Shown here piece after piece: positions 53,401-63,451 of a DNA stretch of 64,000 nucleotides. This DNA comes from Nannocystis pusilla. Lineage in GTDB: Bacteria > Myxococcota_A > Polyangia > Nannocystales > Nannocystaceae. A program made the position numbers and the translations under genes. How positions within the stretch are numbered: position 1 is the first letter of the stretch; every line of letters starts with the position of its first letter. The notes under the pieces are model-generated. The model had not been told where the DNA came from, made no database searches, and saw only the letters and a program-made list of their open reading frames with translations. The stretch is from assembly GCF_020073745.1 (NCBI RefSeq), contig NZ_JAIRAU010000047.1, positions 93,990 through 157,989 on the forward strand, written 5' to 3'.

Positions 53401-54978
53401 TCACAGCGAGCTGCAGTGCCAGGCGGGGTAGCCCCGGTTGCCGCGATCGAAGACGTAGAAGTAGCGCAGGAATCCGTCGGCCCCGGTGAAGAACACCTCG
53501 CTGTGGTTGCGCGGAGGCGAGAACACCATCGCCACGTCCTTGACCGGGCCGGCGGCGGCGAACGTGACGTCGTCGCGCTTCCACGCGCCGCCGTCGACGT
53601 AGGCGTAGACCGGGCGCCCGTCGTCGCGGACGAACACCAGCTCGCTGTGGCGGGCCGGCGAGCAGGTCGCGGCGAGTTGCCCGCGGGTGCTGCCGAAGCT
53701 GCTGCTGTCGTGGTGCCACGCGCCGCCCTCGACGTAGAAGTAATGCACCTTGCCGTCGGCGCCCGCGGCGAACACCTCGCTGTGGTTGCGCGCCGTCGAG
53801 AACACCGCCGACACTGCGCCGACCTGGCCTGCGGCCGCCAGCGAGTCGGCGTCGTGGTGCCACGCGCCGCCGGTGACGTACGAATAGATCAGGCGGCCGT
53901 CGGCGCGGACCCAGAACACCTCGGAGTGGTTACGGGCCGGCGAGAACACCGCCGATACCGCCCCGCCGACCGCGCCGAAGCCCTCGCGGTGGTGATGCCA
54001 CGCGCCGCCTTCGACGTACGCATAATTGAGCTGGCCGCCGGTGCCGGCGAAGAACACCTCCGTGTGGTTGCGGGCCGGCGAGAACACCGCCGACACCGCG
54101 CCCGTCGCCGGGCCGAGCGTGTTGGCGTCGACCGTCCAGCCGCCGCCATGGACGTAGAAGTAGCGCAGGCGACCGTCGCTGCCGCGGGCGATGGCCGCCG
54201 CGTGGCCGCGGTTCGGCTCGTAGACCGCGCTCACCGGGCCCGAGAAGGGCGCGCCGTCGCCGAGGTGCGTGGTGTCGAAGCGCCAGGCGCCCCCGTGGAC
54301 GTAGGCGTAGCGCAGGCGGCCGTTGACGCCGACGTGGAGCCCCTCGGCGTGGCCCCGCGCGCTCGAGTAGACCGCCGCGATCGCGCCGACGTCGCCGACC
54401 GTCCTGGGCCGCTCCGGGGCCGTCGCCGGGATGAATTGCCACTTCTGGTTCTCGCCATGGTGTGGGGTCCACAGCTGCACGGCGACCCCGTCCTGGCCGA
54501 TCGTCTCGGTCGGCGCGTCGAGGCTGCGGCAGGCGATCGCGACCACGAGATCGATCGGGTTGGCGATCTGGTACTTGCGTTCGTCGACGCGGTTGATGTG
54601 CCACAGCTGCTGCGCGTTCGGGAACGGCGTGATGATGTTCTTCGGCTGCGCCTCGCGGTCCCACACCAGCACCGGGTAGCCGTTGAGGCCGCGGCGGTTG
54701 CCGTCGGCGTCGAGGTAGAGGCCCGTGCGCGCGTGGCGGATCCGGAACACGTTGGGGTGGAGCGGCGTCCGGTCGCACTCGCTCGGCAGGACATCCTCGA
54801 GCACCCAGATCTGGTCGATCGAGGCGTCGACCGGGAGCTGCTTGACCTGCGCTCCACTGTCGCCCTCGCCTGGGCTGAGGCTCAGCGCGCGCCCGCTCTG
54901 CGCGTTGACGATCCGGTAGGCCCCCACCACGTACTTGTCGCCCACCTTCGGCAAATCGATCGGTTGATCACCCGACAT
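53401..54978 (-). CDS. ricin-B-lectin (beta-trefoil, QxW) domain protein with 7 C-terminal ~47-aa beta-propeller-lectin-like repeats. No signal peptide is present.
   Basis: QxW motifs (QIWVLED, QLWHIN, QKWQF) are present. The repeat is AVSAVFSPARNHSEVFxxGxDGxLxYxYVEGGAWHHD, seven times. Confidence 0.65.
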   Translation of the reverse strand: MSGDQPIDLPKVGDKYVVGAYRIVNAQSGRALSLSPGEGDSGAQVKQLPVDASIDQIWVLEDVLPSECDRTPLHPNVFRIRHARTGLYLDADGNRRGLNGYPVLVWDREAQPKNIITPFPNAQQLWHINRVDERKYQIANPIDLVVAIACRSLDAPTETIGQDGVAVQLWTPHHGENQKWQFIPATAPERPRTVGDVGAIAAVYSSARGHAEGLHVGVNGRLRYAYVHGGAWRFDTTHLGDGAPFSGPVSAVYEPNRGHAAAIARGSDGRLRYFYVHGGGWTVDANTLGPATGAVSAVFSPARNHTEVFFAGTGGQLNYAYVEGGAWHHHREGFGAVGGAVSAVFSPARNHSEVFWVRADGRLIYSYVTGGAWHHDADSLAAAGQVGAVSAVFSTARNHSEVFAAGADGKVHYFYVEGGAWHHDSSSFGSTRGQLAATCSPARHSELVFVRDDGRPVYAYVDGGAWKRDDVTFAAAGPVKDVAMVFSPPRNHSEVFFTGADGFLRYFYVFDRGNRGYPAWHCSSL

Positions 54979-55189
54979 ATCCCCGCTGTCTCCTTTGCAT
55001 CGGACGCGCCGCCGCCTGAGGCGCGGTCTGCGTCGCGGTGCATCGTCCGCCGCGACGCCGACGAACGCCATCCGCGATGGCTCGTAGGACACCTCTGACG
55101 ATCCTCGTATCCATGGCCGCGCGGCGCGGATCCGTGCTCGATGCGCGACCTACACGCTGCAATCGACGCCGAAGCCCGCGAGCGCGGCC

Positions 55190-56482
55190 TCAGGTCGGCG
55201 TGAGGCGGAACATGCCCGACTGGCTGGCCGGCCGCAGCTTGGCCAGCAGCGGCTCGACCTCGCGGCTCAGCGCCTGCTCGTCGGCCTTGCCGATCGAGGC
55301 GCCGCACGACAGCAGCGCGAACGCGACGTAGTCGTACATCATCTCGCGCACCAGCACCTCGGGCTCGCCGCCGAGGGTCCGGCAGGTGTTGGTCGCGTTG
55401 CGGTCGATCATCTGCCCGTTGAACCCGCCGTGCTCGAACGGACCTGCCCCGCGGAACAGGTCGTCGTAGGACCCGCGGGCGAACCCCGCCATCGCGTTGC
55501 GGAACACGGTGCCGCGGCCGGCCATGTCGGCGCGCTGGTGGATCGCCCGCAGCGCCGTGTTGGCCAGCTCGACCGCCTCGGCCGCCCCGCCGCGCAGCCG
55601 CGGCGGCAGGATGATCACGTGCTGCGACTGCGTCAGCTGGAACAGCATCTCGGTGACCTGGAACTCGCCGAGCCCGGTCGAGCGGCCCAGCTGCTCGACG
55701 CTCTGCACCCCGTCGAGCGCGTTCCACAGCGGCAGCAGCTCGGTCCCCGGGGCCACCGCGCCGGGCCGCTTCTTCGGGATGTACTGCGACGACGGGATCC
55801 ACGGGCGGAAGTAGCGGATCCCGTCGAGCCGCACGATCAGGTGCATCAGCAGCGACGTCGCGCTGTGGACCTGGCGGAACGGCAGGCGCGACTCCTCGTA
55901 GCCGTCGAGGAACGCGTACAGCCCGTCGTCGGCCATCAGCACCGCGAACACGACCTCCTCGACCTGGCGCCCGAGCAGGCTCAGCACCTGCTCCTCGGTC
56001 AGCGCCCCCATCGCCACCGCGGCCACGCCGAAGCGCTCGCCGGTCTTGCGCGCGCGCACCAGCACGTCGCCCAGGACGTCCTCGTGGACCGCGCCGAAGC
56101 GGTAGGCGATGTTGCCGAGCAGCTCGTCGCCGGCGTCGGACTGCACGCCGACGATCGACCCGTGCTCGAAGAACAGGCTGCGCGAGTGCTCCGAGTCCTG
56201 CACCACCAGCTCGCCGCGCCAGCCGACCTGCGCGAGCAGGGCGATCACGTCGGCCATCGCGCCTGGCCCCGTGATCTCGCCGGCGATCCGGACCACCGCG
56301 CCGTCCTCGCGATCGCGGCGACCGTCGGCGCCGACGTAGCGCATGAACACGAGGTGGCGCGGGGACGGCATGATGCGGAACGCGCCCTCACGGGTGCGCA
56401 TCCGCTGCGTCGCCACCTCGCCCAAAGGATGCGCCGCGCCCGTCCCGTCGATCCAGACCAGCTCGTCCTGCGCGTGCTTCAT
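55190..56482 (-). CDS. DUF4388-domain protein (myxobacterial PATAN-like regulator) - tentative
   Basis: The N-terminal ~100 aa resemble the DUF4388 pattern (LGEVATQ…EGAFRIMPSPRHLVF…G). The rest has no recognisable motifs. Confidence 0.45.
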   Translation of the reverse strand: MKHAQDELVWIDGTGAAHPLGEVATQRMRTREGAFRIMPSPRHLVFMRYVGADGRRDREDGAVVRIAGEITGPGAMADVIALLAQVGWRGELVVQDSEHSRSLFFEHGSIVGVQSDAGDELLGNIAYRFGAVHEDVLGDVLVRARKTGERFGVAAVAMGALTEEQVLSLLGRQVEEVVFAVLMADDGLYAFLDGYEESRLPFRQVHSATSLLMHLIVRLDGIRYFRPWIPSSQYIPKKRPGAVAPGTELLPLWNALDGVQSVEQLGRSTGLGEFQVTEMLFQLTQSQHVIILPPRLRGGAAEAVELANTALRAIHQRADMAGRGTVFRNAMAGFARGSYDDLFRGAGPFEHGGFNGQMIDRNATNTCRTLGGEPEVLVREMMYDYVAFALLSCGASIGKADEQALSREVEPLLAKLRPASQSGMFRLTPT

Positions 56483-56796
56483 GCTCGGGGCCGCACTGTA
56501 ACACCTGTCCGTTCGGTTCTCACCCCGCCGTACGCGGCCCGCGGTCCGCTGACCCCGCCCGATGATGACCGCGAAGCCTGCTCTTTCGGTCAGCCGGTCC
56601 GGTCCTGCACTAGCGCATATCCGCCGCATCGGGACGAACCGGCGCGGCGGAAAACAGGCGCGGGAGCTCGAAATGCCGTCGCGGCACGGGTGCCGCGACC
56701 GCGTCCTCGCCGGTCCTCCGCGACGGCGTCACACCGCGGCCGCGGGCCACACGAGCGCCCGAAGGGCCCAGCGCGGGCGTTCGGGCGGGATCGCGC

Positions 56797-58248
56797 TCAG
56801 CCCTCGGGCAGCACCACGAACGCGAACTCGCCGGGGGTCGCGGTCCCGAGCGTGTCGACGGACAGGAAGTAGGTGCCCGGCTGCAGCGGCCCCTCGAGCT
56901 CGCGGTCGCCCCGTTTCACGCACGTGCCGGCGTCGGTCAGCGTCATCAAGTGGAGGTCGACGTCGACGTTGCCCTGGTCGAACACCAGCGCCCGGATCGT
57001 CGTCGGCGCGTCGATCGTCAGCTCGTACACGAACTCGGGCCCGTCCGCGCCCATCGCCATGCACGCGCCCTGGTAGGCGTCGATCGCGTCGCTGGGGCTG
57101 TCGGCGGTGCTGCGCATGTCGGCGAACGGCAGGCCCGGGATCACGATCGGCTCCTCGAGCGTGCCGGCGCCCAGCAGCGTCGGCGCGGTCGCGTCGGGCG
57201 GCGGACCGCCGTCCACGATCACCGTCTTGCCGCGGGCGAGCGCCTCGAGCGTCACGAGGTTGCGGCGGTTGTAGCCGCTGGTGATGCCGCTGAAGCCGAA
57301 CGCGCACGGGGTCGGCGTCGCCATGTCGTCCGCGAGCGCGACGCTGAGGTCGATGCCGTCGGCCGCGAGCCCGGCGTTGGGCAGGCCCGCGAGCGCGAGG
57401 TTGAGGTCGATCAGCGGGATCTTGCGGCCCTGCGCGAGGGCGCGGATGAACGCGTTGTAGCGCGGCACGTAGACATCGATCCCGGCCGGCATCGTGCGCG
57501 CCGGGATGGTCGACAGGATCGGCACCGTGCCGCCGGCGATCAGCGCGTCGACCACGGCGACGAGGTTGTCGGCGAACGTGAACACGCCCTCGGGCGGCGG
57601 CACCTCGAGCTCGGTGGTGCCGAGCAGCACGACCGCGAAGCGCGGGCTGATCTCGGTCACCTCGTTGGCCAGCGGCGACGGGGCGCCGGCCAGGATGTCG
57701 GCCCCGGTCCAGCCCGGCATCGCCGCCAGGCTGACGCGGCTGAACGACGTCGCCCCCATCCCGGCCGCGCTGGCGTTGAAGAAGTCGACCGCGGGCTGCA
57801 GCGCCGGCGGCAGCTCGACGATCTGCACCGCGTCGGCCAGGCAGTTCAAGAAATTGCTGCTGGCGGTGTGCGTCCCGCCGACCTTGGCGAACACGCCGTC
57901 GGTCTTGACCCCGTTGGCCGCGATCGCGGTCATCGCCGCCGCCACGTCGGCCGTGATCGGCGAGTGCACCTCGGTGAACGGGTAGTACTCGCCGAGCACC
58001 GTCGGCTCGCCCGTCGTCGTCGTCTCGGTCTCACCTGTCTCCGAGGTCAGGTTCTCGCCCGTCGTCGTCGTCGTCGTCGTCTCGCTCGTGTCGGTCGCCG
58101 GCTCCGGCCCGGTGGTCGGGTCGGTCGACGTCGGCATCGCCGTCGCCGAGGTCGTGGCGAGCGTCCCGCTGGTCTCGCCGTCGAGCGGCGCTCCCCCTGC
58201 GCACCCGACCGCCAGCGCGGCCATCGGTCCGATAATCCATCGCGTCAT
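56797..58248 (-). CDS. hypothetical secreted lipoprotein with Thr-rich linker
   Basis: A lipobox (ALAVGCAGG) and a TSETTTTTTTGENLTSETGETETTTTG linker are present. Its promoter region carries tandem palindromes and GACATGTCC copies. Confidence 0.5.
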   Translation of the reverse strand: MTRWIIGPMAALAVGCAGGAPLDGETSGTLATTSATAMPTSTDPTTGPEPATDTSETTTTTTTGENLTSETGETETTTTGEPTVLGEYYPFTEVHSPITADVAAAMTAIAANGVKTDGVFAKVGGTHTASSNFLNCLADAVQIVELPPALQPAVDFFNASAAGMGATSFSRVSLAAMPGWTGADILAGAPSPLANEVTEISPRFAVVLLGTTELEVPPPEGVFTFADNLVAVVDALIAGGTVPILSTIPARTMPAGIDVYVPRYNAFIRALAQGRKIPLIDLNLALAGLPNAGLAADGIDLSVALADDMATPTPCAFGFSGITSGYNRRNLVTLEALARGKTVIVDGGPPPDATAPTLLGAGTLEEPIVIPGLPFADMRSTADSPSDAIDAYQGACMAMGADGPEFVYELTIDAPTTIRALVFDQGNVDVDLHLMTLTDAGTCVKRGDRELEGPLQPGTYFLSVDTLGTATPGEFAFVVLPEG

Positions 58249-58517
58249 GGCCCGGCAGGGTACACCATGTCGGCCGCCGCACCGCAGCGCCCGAGAGCGC
58301 GCCCGCGACGGCCCGAGGCGCCCGGCGAACGCGGGCCTGCCCCGCCCCGCCGCTCCGCGCGCGCCGGCTTTCACGCCGCACAGCCCGCTTTTTGGGCGTC
58401 CGCGCGCGTCTTCGCAACCGTGGCACAACCTGTCCTCGCGGACATCCACCTGCTGAATCGGGGCCGCACGGACGCCGCGCATGCAGGCGGACCTGCGCCC
58501 GCGATCTCAGCACCCGA

Positions 58518-58597
58518 GGCGCGACAATTGGCGCGCCTACCTGGCCTGAGAGACATGTCCACGTCGACCGCGCCCGAGGCGCGACAATTGTCGCGCC
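58518..58597. promoter_or_regulatory. two tandem 60-bp units, each carrying a 20-bp palindrome GGCGCGACAATTG(G/T)CGCGCC plus a GAGAGACATGTCC motif (operator-like)
   Basis: Direct repeat 58513-58572 / 58573-58632. The second palindrome is perfect. It lies ~250 bp upstream of the lipoprotein gene start at 58248. Confidence 0.55.
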
Positions 58598-58734
58598 TGC
58601 CTGACCCGAGAGACATGTCCAGGTCGAGCGCCGAGCGCATGTCCGTCGAGACACCCATGCCCCGCGCCGGAGCCGCGCAGAATGACATGTCCATGAAGAC
58701 ATGTCCATGAAGCCATCTCGGCGATGCCAGGCGC

Positions 58735-60102
58735 TCAATCGCCGCGGCCGGCGCGGCCGAGGAAGAAGCCGGCGAGCCCGCCGGTCACGCCCCACGACGT
58801 CCCGCGCGGGATCTCCGGCACCGCCGTCTCGAGCCGCTGCCAGTTGACGGCCGCGAACACCCGCAGGTGCTGCAGGAGCACCCAGTTGAGGCCCGCGGAC
58901 GCGGTCGTGACCCCGTTGCCGGCCAGGTCGCGGGCGCCGACGCGGAAGCGCTCGAAGCGGGCCGACAGCTCGACCGCGCTGTCGCGGACCCGCCGGCTCG
59001 CCAGCCGCGGCAGCAGCGTCGCCGGGTCCTTCTCCTGCCCCGTCACCACCGCCCCGAGCTGCGCGTAGCCGCCGGCGCCGATGAGCTGCGGCAGCGGATC
59101 GCCGGGCGTGAACGGGTCGCCGTCGGTGTCGCGCTCGCGCGAGTCGTACGTGTAGAAGAACTCGCCGCGGGCCGACAGGAAGCGCCAGAACAGCCCGCCG
59201 CCGGCCGTGAAGCGCCGCGACGCCCCGCTGCTCGGCAGCCCGTGGAAGAAGTCGAAGCCGAACGCCGTCGTCACCGTCGGCGTGAAGCCGTTGGTCTTGT
59301 GGTACGCGAACACCGACGCCACCAGGATCAGCTTCGGCGCGCGCCGCAGCCCCGCCAGCGGGCTCAGTTGCACCTTGCCGGCGAACGCGATCTTCGTGTT
59401 GTTGGCCTCGCGGTTCTGGCCGATGCCGGAGAACACCGCCGCCGTCACCTCGGCCCAGCGCCAGAAGTCGTACGCCACCTCGAGCCCGACCTGCCGCCCC
59501 GGCGTGGCCGCCAGCAGCGACAGCGGCGCCCGCGGCAGCTCGTCGACCAGGTCGGGCGCGTTGAAGCGGAGCCCGAACGGCGCCTTGAACTGGCCCACGC
59601 GCAGCCGCAGCCGCGGCGCCGCCGCCCACGCCACGAACGCGTCGAACAGCTGCGGCCCCTTGGCCTGCGCCGCCTCGATCGTCACGAACGCCGTCACCGG
59701 CCCGACGTTCACCCCGCCGCCGATCCGCGCCCCCGCCAGGCTGATGTTGCTGTAGCCCTCGCGCGGCGCCGAGTACCAGGTCGCGTCGGTGCGGATCCAC
59801 CCGTACGGGAACAGCTCGAAGCGCTCTCGCAGCGGTCGCTTCGCGGATGGCTGATCGGCCATGCTCTTCGGGACATCCGTACCGGACGTGTCTGTTCGGA
59901 CATGCTCGTCCGGGCCTCCGGCCTCGTCGCCGCCCGGGCTCGACGCATCAATGTCCGTGCGGAGAGGTTCATTGGCACCTGTCTCGGCGGACATGTCTCC
60001 ACCGCCCTGCCCCGCCGGCCGCTCGGGCACCGGCACGCTGGTCACCTCCTCGGCCGGCGCCGTCGCCAGCGCCGCCCCCATGACGATCGTCGTCGACAGC
60101 AC
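58735..60102 (-). CDS. outer-membrane beta-barrel, phosphate-selective-porin (OprO/P)-like
   Basis: Alternating amphipathic beta-strand pattern, Gly/aromatic-rich (…FKAPFGLRFNAPDLV…WVLLQHLRVFAAVNWQRL). An alternative start at 59862 would put the GGACAT motifs in the 5' UTR. Confidence 0.5.
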   Translation of the reverse strand: MLSTTIVMGAALATAPAEEVTSVPVPERPAGQGGGDMSAETGANEPLRTDIDASSPGGDEAGGPDEHVRTDTSGTDVPKSMADQPSAKRPLRERFELFPYGWIRTDATWYSAPREGYSNISLAGARIGGGVNVGPVTAFVTIEAAQAKGPQLFDAFVAWAAAPRLRLRVGQFKAPFGLRFNAPDLVDELPRAPLSLLAATPGRQVGLEVAYDFWRWAEVTAAVFSGIGQNREANNTKIAFAGKVQLSPLAGLRRAPKLILVASVFAYHKTNGFTPTVTTAFGFDFFHGLPSSGASRRFTAGGGLFWRFLSARGEFFYTYDSRERDTDGDPFTPGDPLPQLIGAGGYAQLGAVVTGQEKDPATLLPRLASRRVRDSAVELSARFERFRVGARDLAGNGVTTASAGLNWVLLQHLRVFAAVNWQRLETAVPEIPRGTSWGVTGGLAGFFLGRAGRGD

Positions 60103-60109
60103 GGGGCGC

Positions 60110-61090
60110 TCAACAGGCCGGCATGACCACGATCTGCTGGGTGTCGCGGGCCGACACGAAGATCCGGCTGACGCCGTCGAACGCGATCCCGCGCGGCTCC
60201 CAGTCGCCCTGGGCGACCGTCGTGATCGCGCCCTCGGCGGTCACGCGGTAGACGTGGCCGGCGCTGTTGGCGGTGTCGTACGACAAGACCAGCAGCGCCC
60301 CGTCGGGCGTCGTCTCCATCAGGTCGAGCGACTCGAACTCGTCCGACACCAGCGTCAGCGCCGGCGTGGCGGCCGTGAGGTCGACCTTGAACACCTGCCG
60401 CTGCGCCTGGTCGCCGACGAACAGCGTGTCGCCGAGCACCGCGATGCCCACCGGCTTGCTGAGCCCTCCGAGCAGCATCGTCTCGACGCCGGCGACCGGG
60501 TCGACGCCGGCGATCCAGCCGGTGTACACGTCGTCGGCGTCGCGCGAGTACGTGGACACCCACAGCAGCCCGCGCGCGTCGTCGTAATCGAGCCCGACCC
60601 GCCGCCACTCGTCGTTCACGCCCGCGATCGCCTCCGGCGCGCCGCCGGGCGCGACCTGGAAGATCGCCCCGAGCCCCGGCATGCCGAACCCGAAGCGCGG
60701 CACGAACAGCGTGCCGTCGGCCGCGAAGTCGAGGTCGCCGAGGCCGTCCGAGCCGGGGTCGTTCGAGGGGTTGGCGATCTCCGCGAACACCGCGATCGTC
60801 CCGTCCTCGTCGCGCACCAGCACGCGGTTGTTGTCGTCGTCGGCGATGTACAGCCGCTGCTCGTCGGCGCGGTAGTGGAGCCCGTTGGGCTCGGCCTGCA
60901 CGTCGATGCGGTACTGCGCGAACGTCTCGCACTGCGCCGGCTCCCCGGTCGTCGGCGCGTCGCCGGTCGTGGCCGTGCCCGGGTCCGTCGCGGCCTCGGT
61001 CGTCGCCGTCTCGCTCTCGCTCTCCGTCGCCAGCTCCGGCACACAGCCGGCGGCCAGCGCCAGCAGGGCAAAATTCACGCGTCTCGTCAT
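60110..61090 (-). CDS. SMP-30/gluconolactonase/LRE-like (NHL/SGL beta-propeller) lipoprotein
   Basis: A lipobox (LLALAAGC), a Thr-rich linker and repeated …LYIADDDNNRVLV… / …LFVGDQAQRQVFKV… blades are present. Confidence 0.6.
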   Translation of the reverse strand: MTRRVNFALLALAAGCVPELATESESETATTEAATDPGTATTGDAPTTGEPAQCETFAQYRIDVQAEPNGLHYRADEQRLYIADDDNNRVLVRDEDGTIAVFAEIANPSNDPGSDGLGDLDFAADGTLFVPRFGFGMPGLGAIFQVAPGGAPEAIAGVNDEWRRVGLDYDDARGLLWVSTYSRDADDVYTGWIAGVDPVAGVETMLLGGLSKPVGIAVLGDTLFVGDQAQRQVFKVDLTAATPALTLVSDEFESLDLMETTPDGALLVLSYDTANSAGHVYRVTAEGAITTVAQGDWEPRGIAFDGVSRIFVSARDTQQIVVMPAC

Positions 61091-61141
61091 GGCTGCTCCA
61101 AAGGTCAGATCGCCGTCGTCACTCATCGCCTGCCTCGCAGG

Positions 61142-62254
61142 TCATGCGGCCGCGAGCTCGGCGACGCGGTCGCCGCAGCCGCGCACGTCGTAGCCGAGCG
61201 ACGACAGCTCGCGCCGGAACGCCGCCGAGGTCATCGCATCGAGGAAGCGCAGCACCCGGGGGTCCGCCAGCAGCGCCCGCGGGATCGCCAGGTCGTAGCG
61301 CTCCTCGGCCAGCGGCACGAACTCGAGCCCGAACGCGAGCGCCGCGTCGCGCGTGGCCACCCCGACCTCGCCCGCCCCGCTGGCGATCGCCTGCGCGACC
61401 TCGAGGTGCCCGCTCGCCCGCACCGGCGCCGCGTCGGCCAGCGTCGCCGGCAGACCGGCGCGCTGCAGCTCGCGCTCGAGCAGCCGCCGCGCGCCCGAAC
61501 CGGCCTCGCGCGCGACCAGCCGCAGCCCGCGGCGCCCGAGGTCGCCGGCGCCGCGGACCTTCCGCGGATTGCCCGGCGCGAGCAGGAGCCCCGCCTCCCA
61601 CCGCGCCAGCGTGATCAGCACCAGCGCCGCGCCGGTGTGCTTGCGGACGTCGGGCACGTTGGCCTCGCCGGTGCGCCCGTCGACCAGGTGCACCCCCGCC
61701 ACGTGCGTGTGCTCGGCGGCCAGCGCCGCCAGTGCCTGCGTGCTCGAGCGCGGCAGCCACACGCAGCGCCCGGCCCCGGCGGCGCGGATGCTCAGCCGAT
61801 CGGCGAGCACCCCGAGGGCGGCAGCGCAGCCCATTACCACCAAGTTGCCCTGCGCCTCGACCCGCGGTCGCACCAGCTCGACCTCGACCGGTCCGCGCCG
61901 CCCGGGCGCCCGCGCCACGATCGCGTCGGCCGCCAGCCGCATCGCCTCGCCGGTCAGCGGATACGCCACCCAGCGCCCGCCGACGTGGGCCAGGGCCACC
62001 CGCCCCGCCGGCACCGCCGACGCCGGCTCGGCCTCGATCCGCAGCTCGCCGGTCGGGACCGCGAACAGATCCTCGACGCGACAGTCCAGCGCCCGCGCCA
62101 GCCGCAGCGCCACGTCGACCGCCGGCGTCGCCCGCCCGGCCTCGATCGCCCCCACGCTCTGGCGCGACAGGTTCGCCGCCTCCGCCAGCTCGACCTGCGA
62201 CATCCCGCAGGCCTCTCGCGCCGCCCGCACCCGGTTGGGCTCGTTTTCGATCAT
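61142..62254 (-). CDS. XRE-family HTH transcriptional regulator fused to a periplasmic-binding-protein-like (PBP2) domain
   Basis: The N-terminal RAAREACGMSQVELAEAANLSRQSVGAIEAG is a canonical XRE HTH. The C-terminal ~250 aa is PBP-like. Confidence 0.7.
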   Translation of the reverse strand: MIENEPNRVRAAREACGMSQVELAEAANLSRQSVGAIEAGRATPAVDVALRLARALDCRVEDLFAVPTGELRIEAEPASAVPAGRVALAHVGGRWVAYPLTGEAMRLAADAIVARAPGRRGPVEVELVRPRVEAQGNLVVMGCAAALGVLADRLSIRAAGAGRCVWLPRSSTQALAALAAEHTHVAGVHLVDGRTGEANVPDVRKHTGAALVLITLARWEAGLLLAPGNPRKVRGAGDLGRRGLRLVAREAGSGARRLLERELQRAGLPATLADAAPVRASGHLEVAQAIASGAGEVGVATRDAALAFGLEFVPLAEERYDLAIPRALLADPRVLRFLDAMTSAAFRRELSSLGYDVRGCGDRVAELAAA

Positions 62255-62373
62255 GACGCGCATTCTTTCCCAGATGAAAAGCAAACTTGTCAAGCGGCTT
62301 CGCCAAACCTCGCCCTGCGCCCGTTCAGCGGCGCCGGCTGCCCCGGTCCGGCGATGCGCGTAGGCTCGCGCGC

Positions 62374-63120
62374 ATGTCCGACGCCGAGTTCCTCACCGCC
62401 GAGTGGCGCGACCTCGTCATGCTGAACTTCGCCGTCGACCCGGCCGTGCTCGCCCCCCACGTCCCGCCCGGCACCGAGCTCGATCTGTTCGACGGCGTCG
62501 CCTGCGTCAGCCTGGTCGGCTTCATGTTCCTGCGCACGCGGTTGCTCGGCTGCCCGGTCCCGTGGCACCGCGACTTCGAGGAGCTCAACCTGCGCTTCTA
62601 CGTCCGCCGGCCCGGGCGGCCCGACGAGCCCCACGTCGGCGCCGACGGCCACAAGCGCGGGGTCGCCTTCTTCAAGGAGATCGTCCCGCGCGCCGCGGTC
62701 GCCATGGTCGCGCGCCGGCTCTACGGCGAGCGCTACGAGGCATGGCCGATGAGACATGTTCGAAAGAACACCTCCCAGGGCGCCGGCGAGGTCGCCTACG
62801 GGGCCCGCGTCGGCGGGCGCTGGCACGAGCTCGGCCTGGCCTTCCGCGGCGAGCCGGCCGCGCCTGCCCCTGGCAGCGAGGCCGAATTCATCGCCGAGCA
62901 CTATTGGGGCTACGTCGCCGGCCCCGGCGGTCCGACCACCGAGTACCGCGTCGAGCACCCGCCCTGGCGGGTCTGGACCGGCGTCGATCCGCGGCTGCGC
63001 CTCGACGCCGCGGCCCTCTACGGCCCGGACCTCGCCCCCGCGCTCGCCGGCCCGCCGCGCTCGGCGTTCCTCGCCGAGGGCTCCGCGGTCACCGTCTACC
63101 GCGGTCGCCGCCTGACCTGA
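62374..63120 (+). CDS. DUF2071 (YqjF-like) family protein
   Basis: WRDLVMLNFAVDPAVLAPHVPPGTELD…VSLVGFMFL… matches the conserved DUF2071 N-terminus. Confidence 0.55.
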   Translation: MSDAEFLTAEWRDLVMLNFAVDPAVLAPHVPPGTELDLFDGVACVSLVGFMFLRTRLLGCPVPWHRDFEELNLRFYVRRPGRPDEPHVGADGHKRGVAFFKEIVPRAAVAMVARRLYGERYEAWPMRHVRKNTSQGAGEVAYGARVGGRWHELGLAFRGEPAAPAPGSEAEFIAEHYWGYVAGPGGPTTEYRVEHPPWRVWTGVDPRLRLDAAALYGPDLAPALAGPPRSAFLAEGSAVTVYRGRRLT

Positions 63121-63163
63121 AGGCCAGGTCCCCTCGAGCCGAGGTGTTCACCGTCAACGAGCG

Positions 63164-63451
63164 CTAGCCCTCGAAGTCGGCGCCGATCACCACCGTCCAC
63201 TTCCGCACGGTCCAGCGCCGCACCAGCCCCTCGCGGACGTACGGGTCGGCGCGCGCGAACGCCTCCGCCGCGGCGCCGTCGGGGCCGCGGAACACCAGCA
63301 GCGCCTCGTCGGCCGGCTCGGCCAGCGCGCCGCCGAGGCGCAGCTCGCCGCGCTCCACGGCGGCGCGGGCCAGGGCCAGGTGTTCCGGCCGCAGCGGCGT
63401 GCGGCGCTCGAGGTAGTCGTCGACGAGTTCGTAGCGGAGCACGAAGTACAT
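63164..63451 (-). CDS. YciI-like (Dabb fold) protein
   Basis: MYFVLRYELVDDYLERRTPLRPEHLA…GELRLGGAL is the YCII signature. The protein is ~95 aa. Confidence 0.7.
   Translation of the reverse strand: MYFVLRYELVDDYLERRTPLRPEHLALARAAVERGELRLGGALAEPADEALLVFRGPDGAAAEAFARADPYVREGLVRRWTVRKWTVVIGADFEG

Noticed and set aside
59862-60102. Whether the GGACAT cluster at 59868-59990 is coding (porin N-terminus) or 5' UTR
   Set aside because: This is not resolved. The longer ORF gives a plausible signal peptide, so it was kept as coding, with the alternative start noted.
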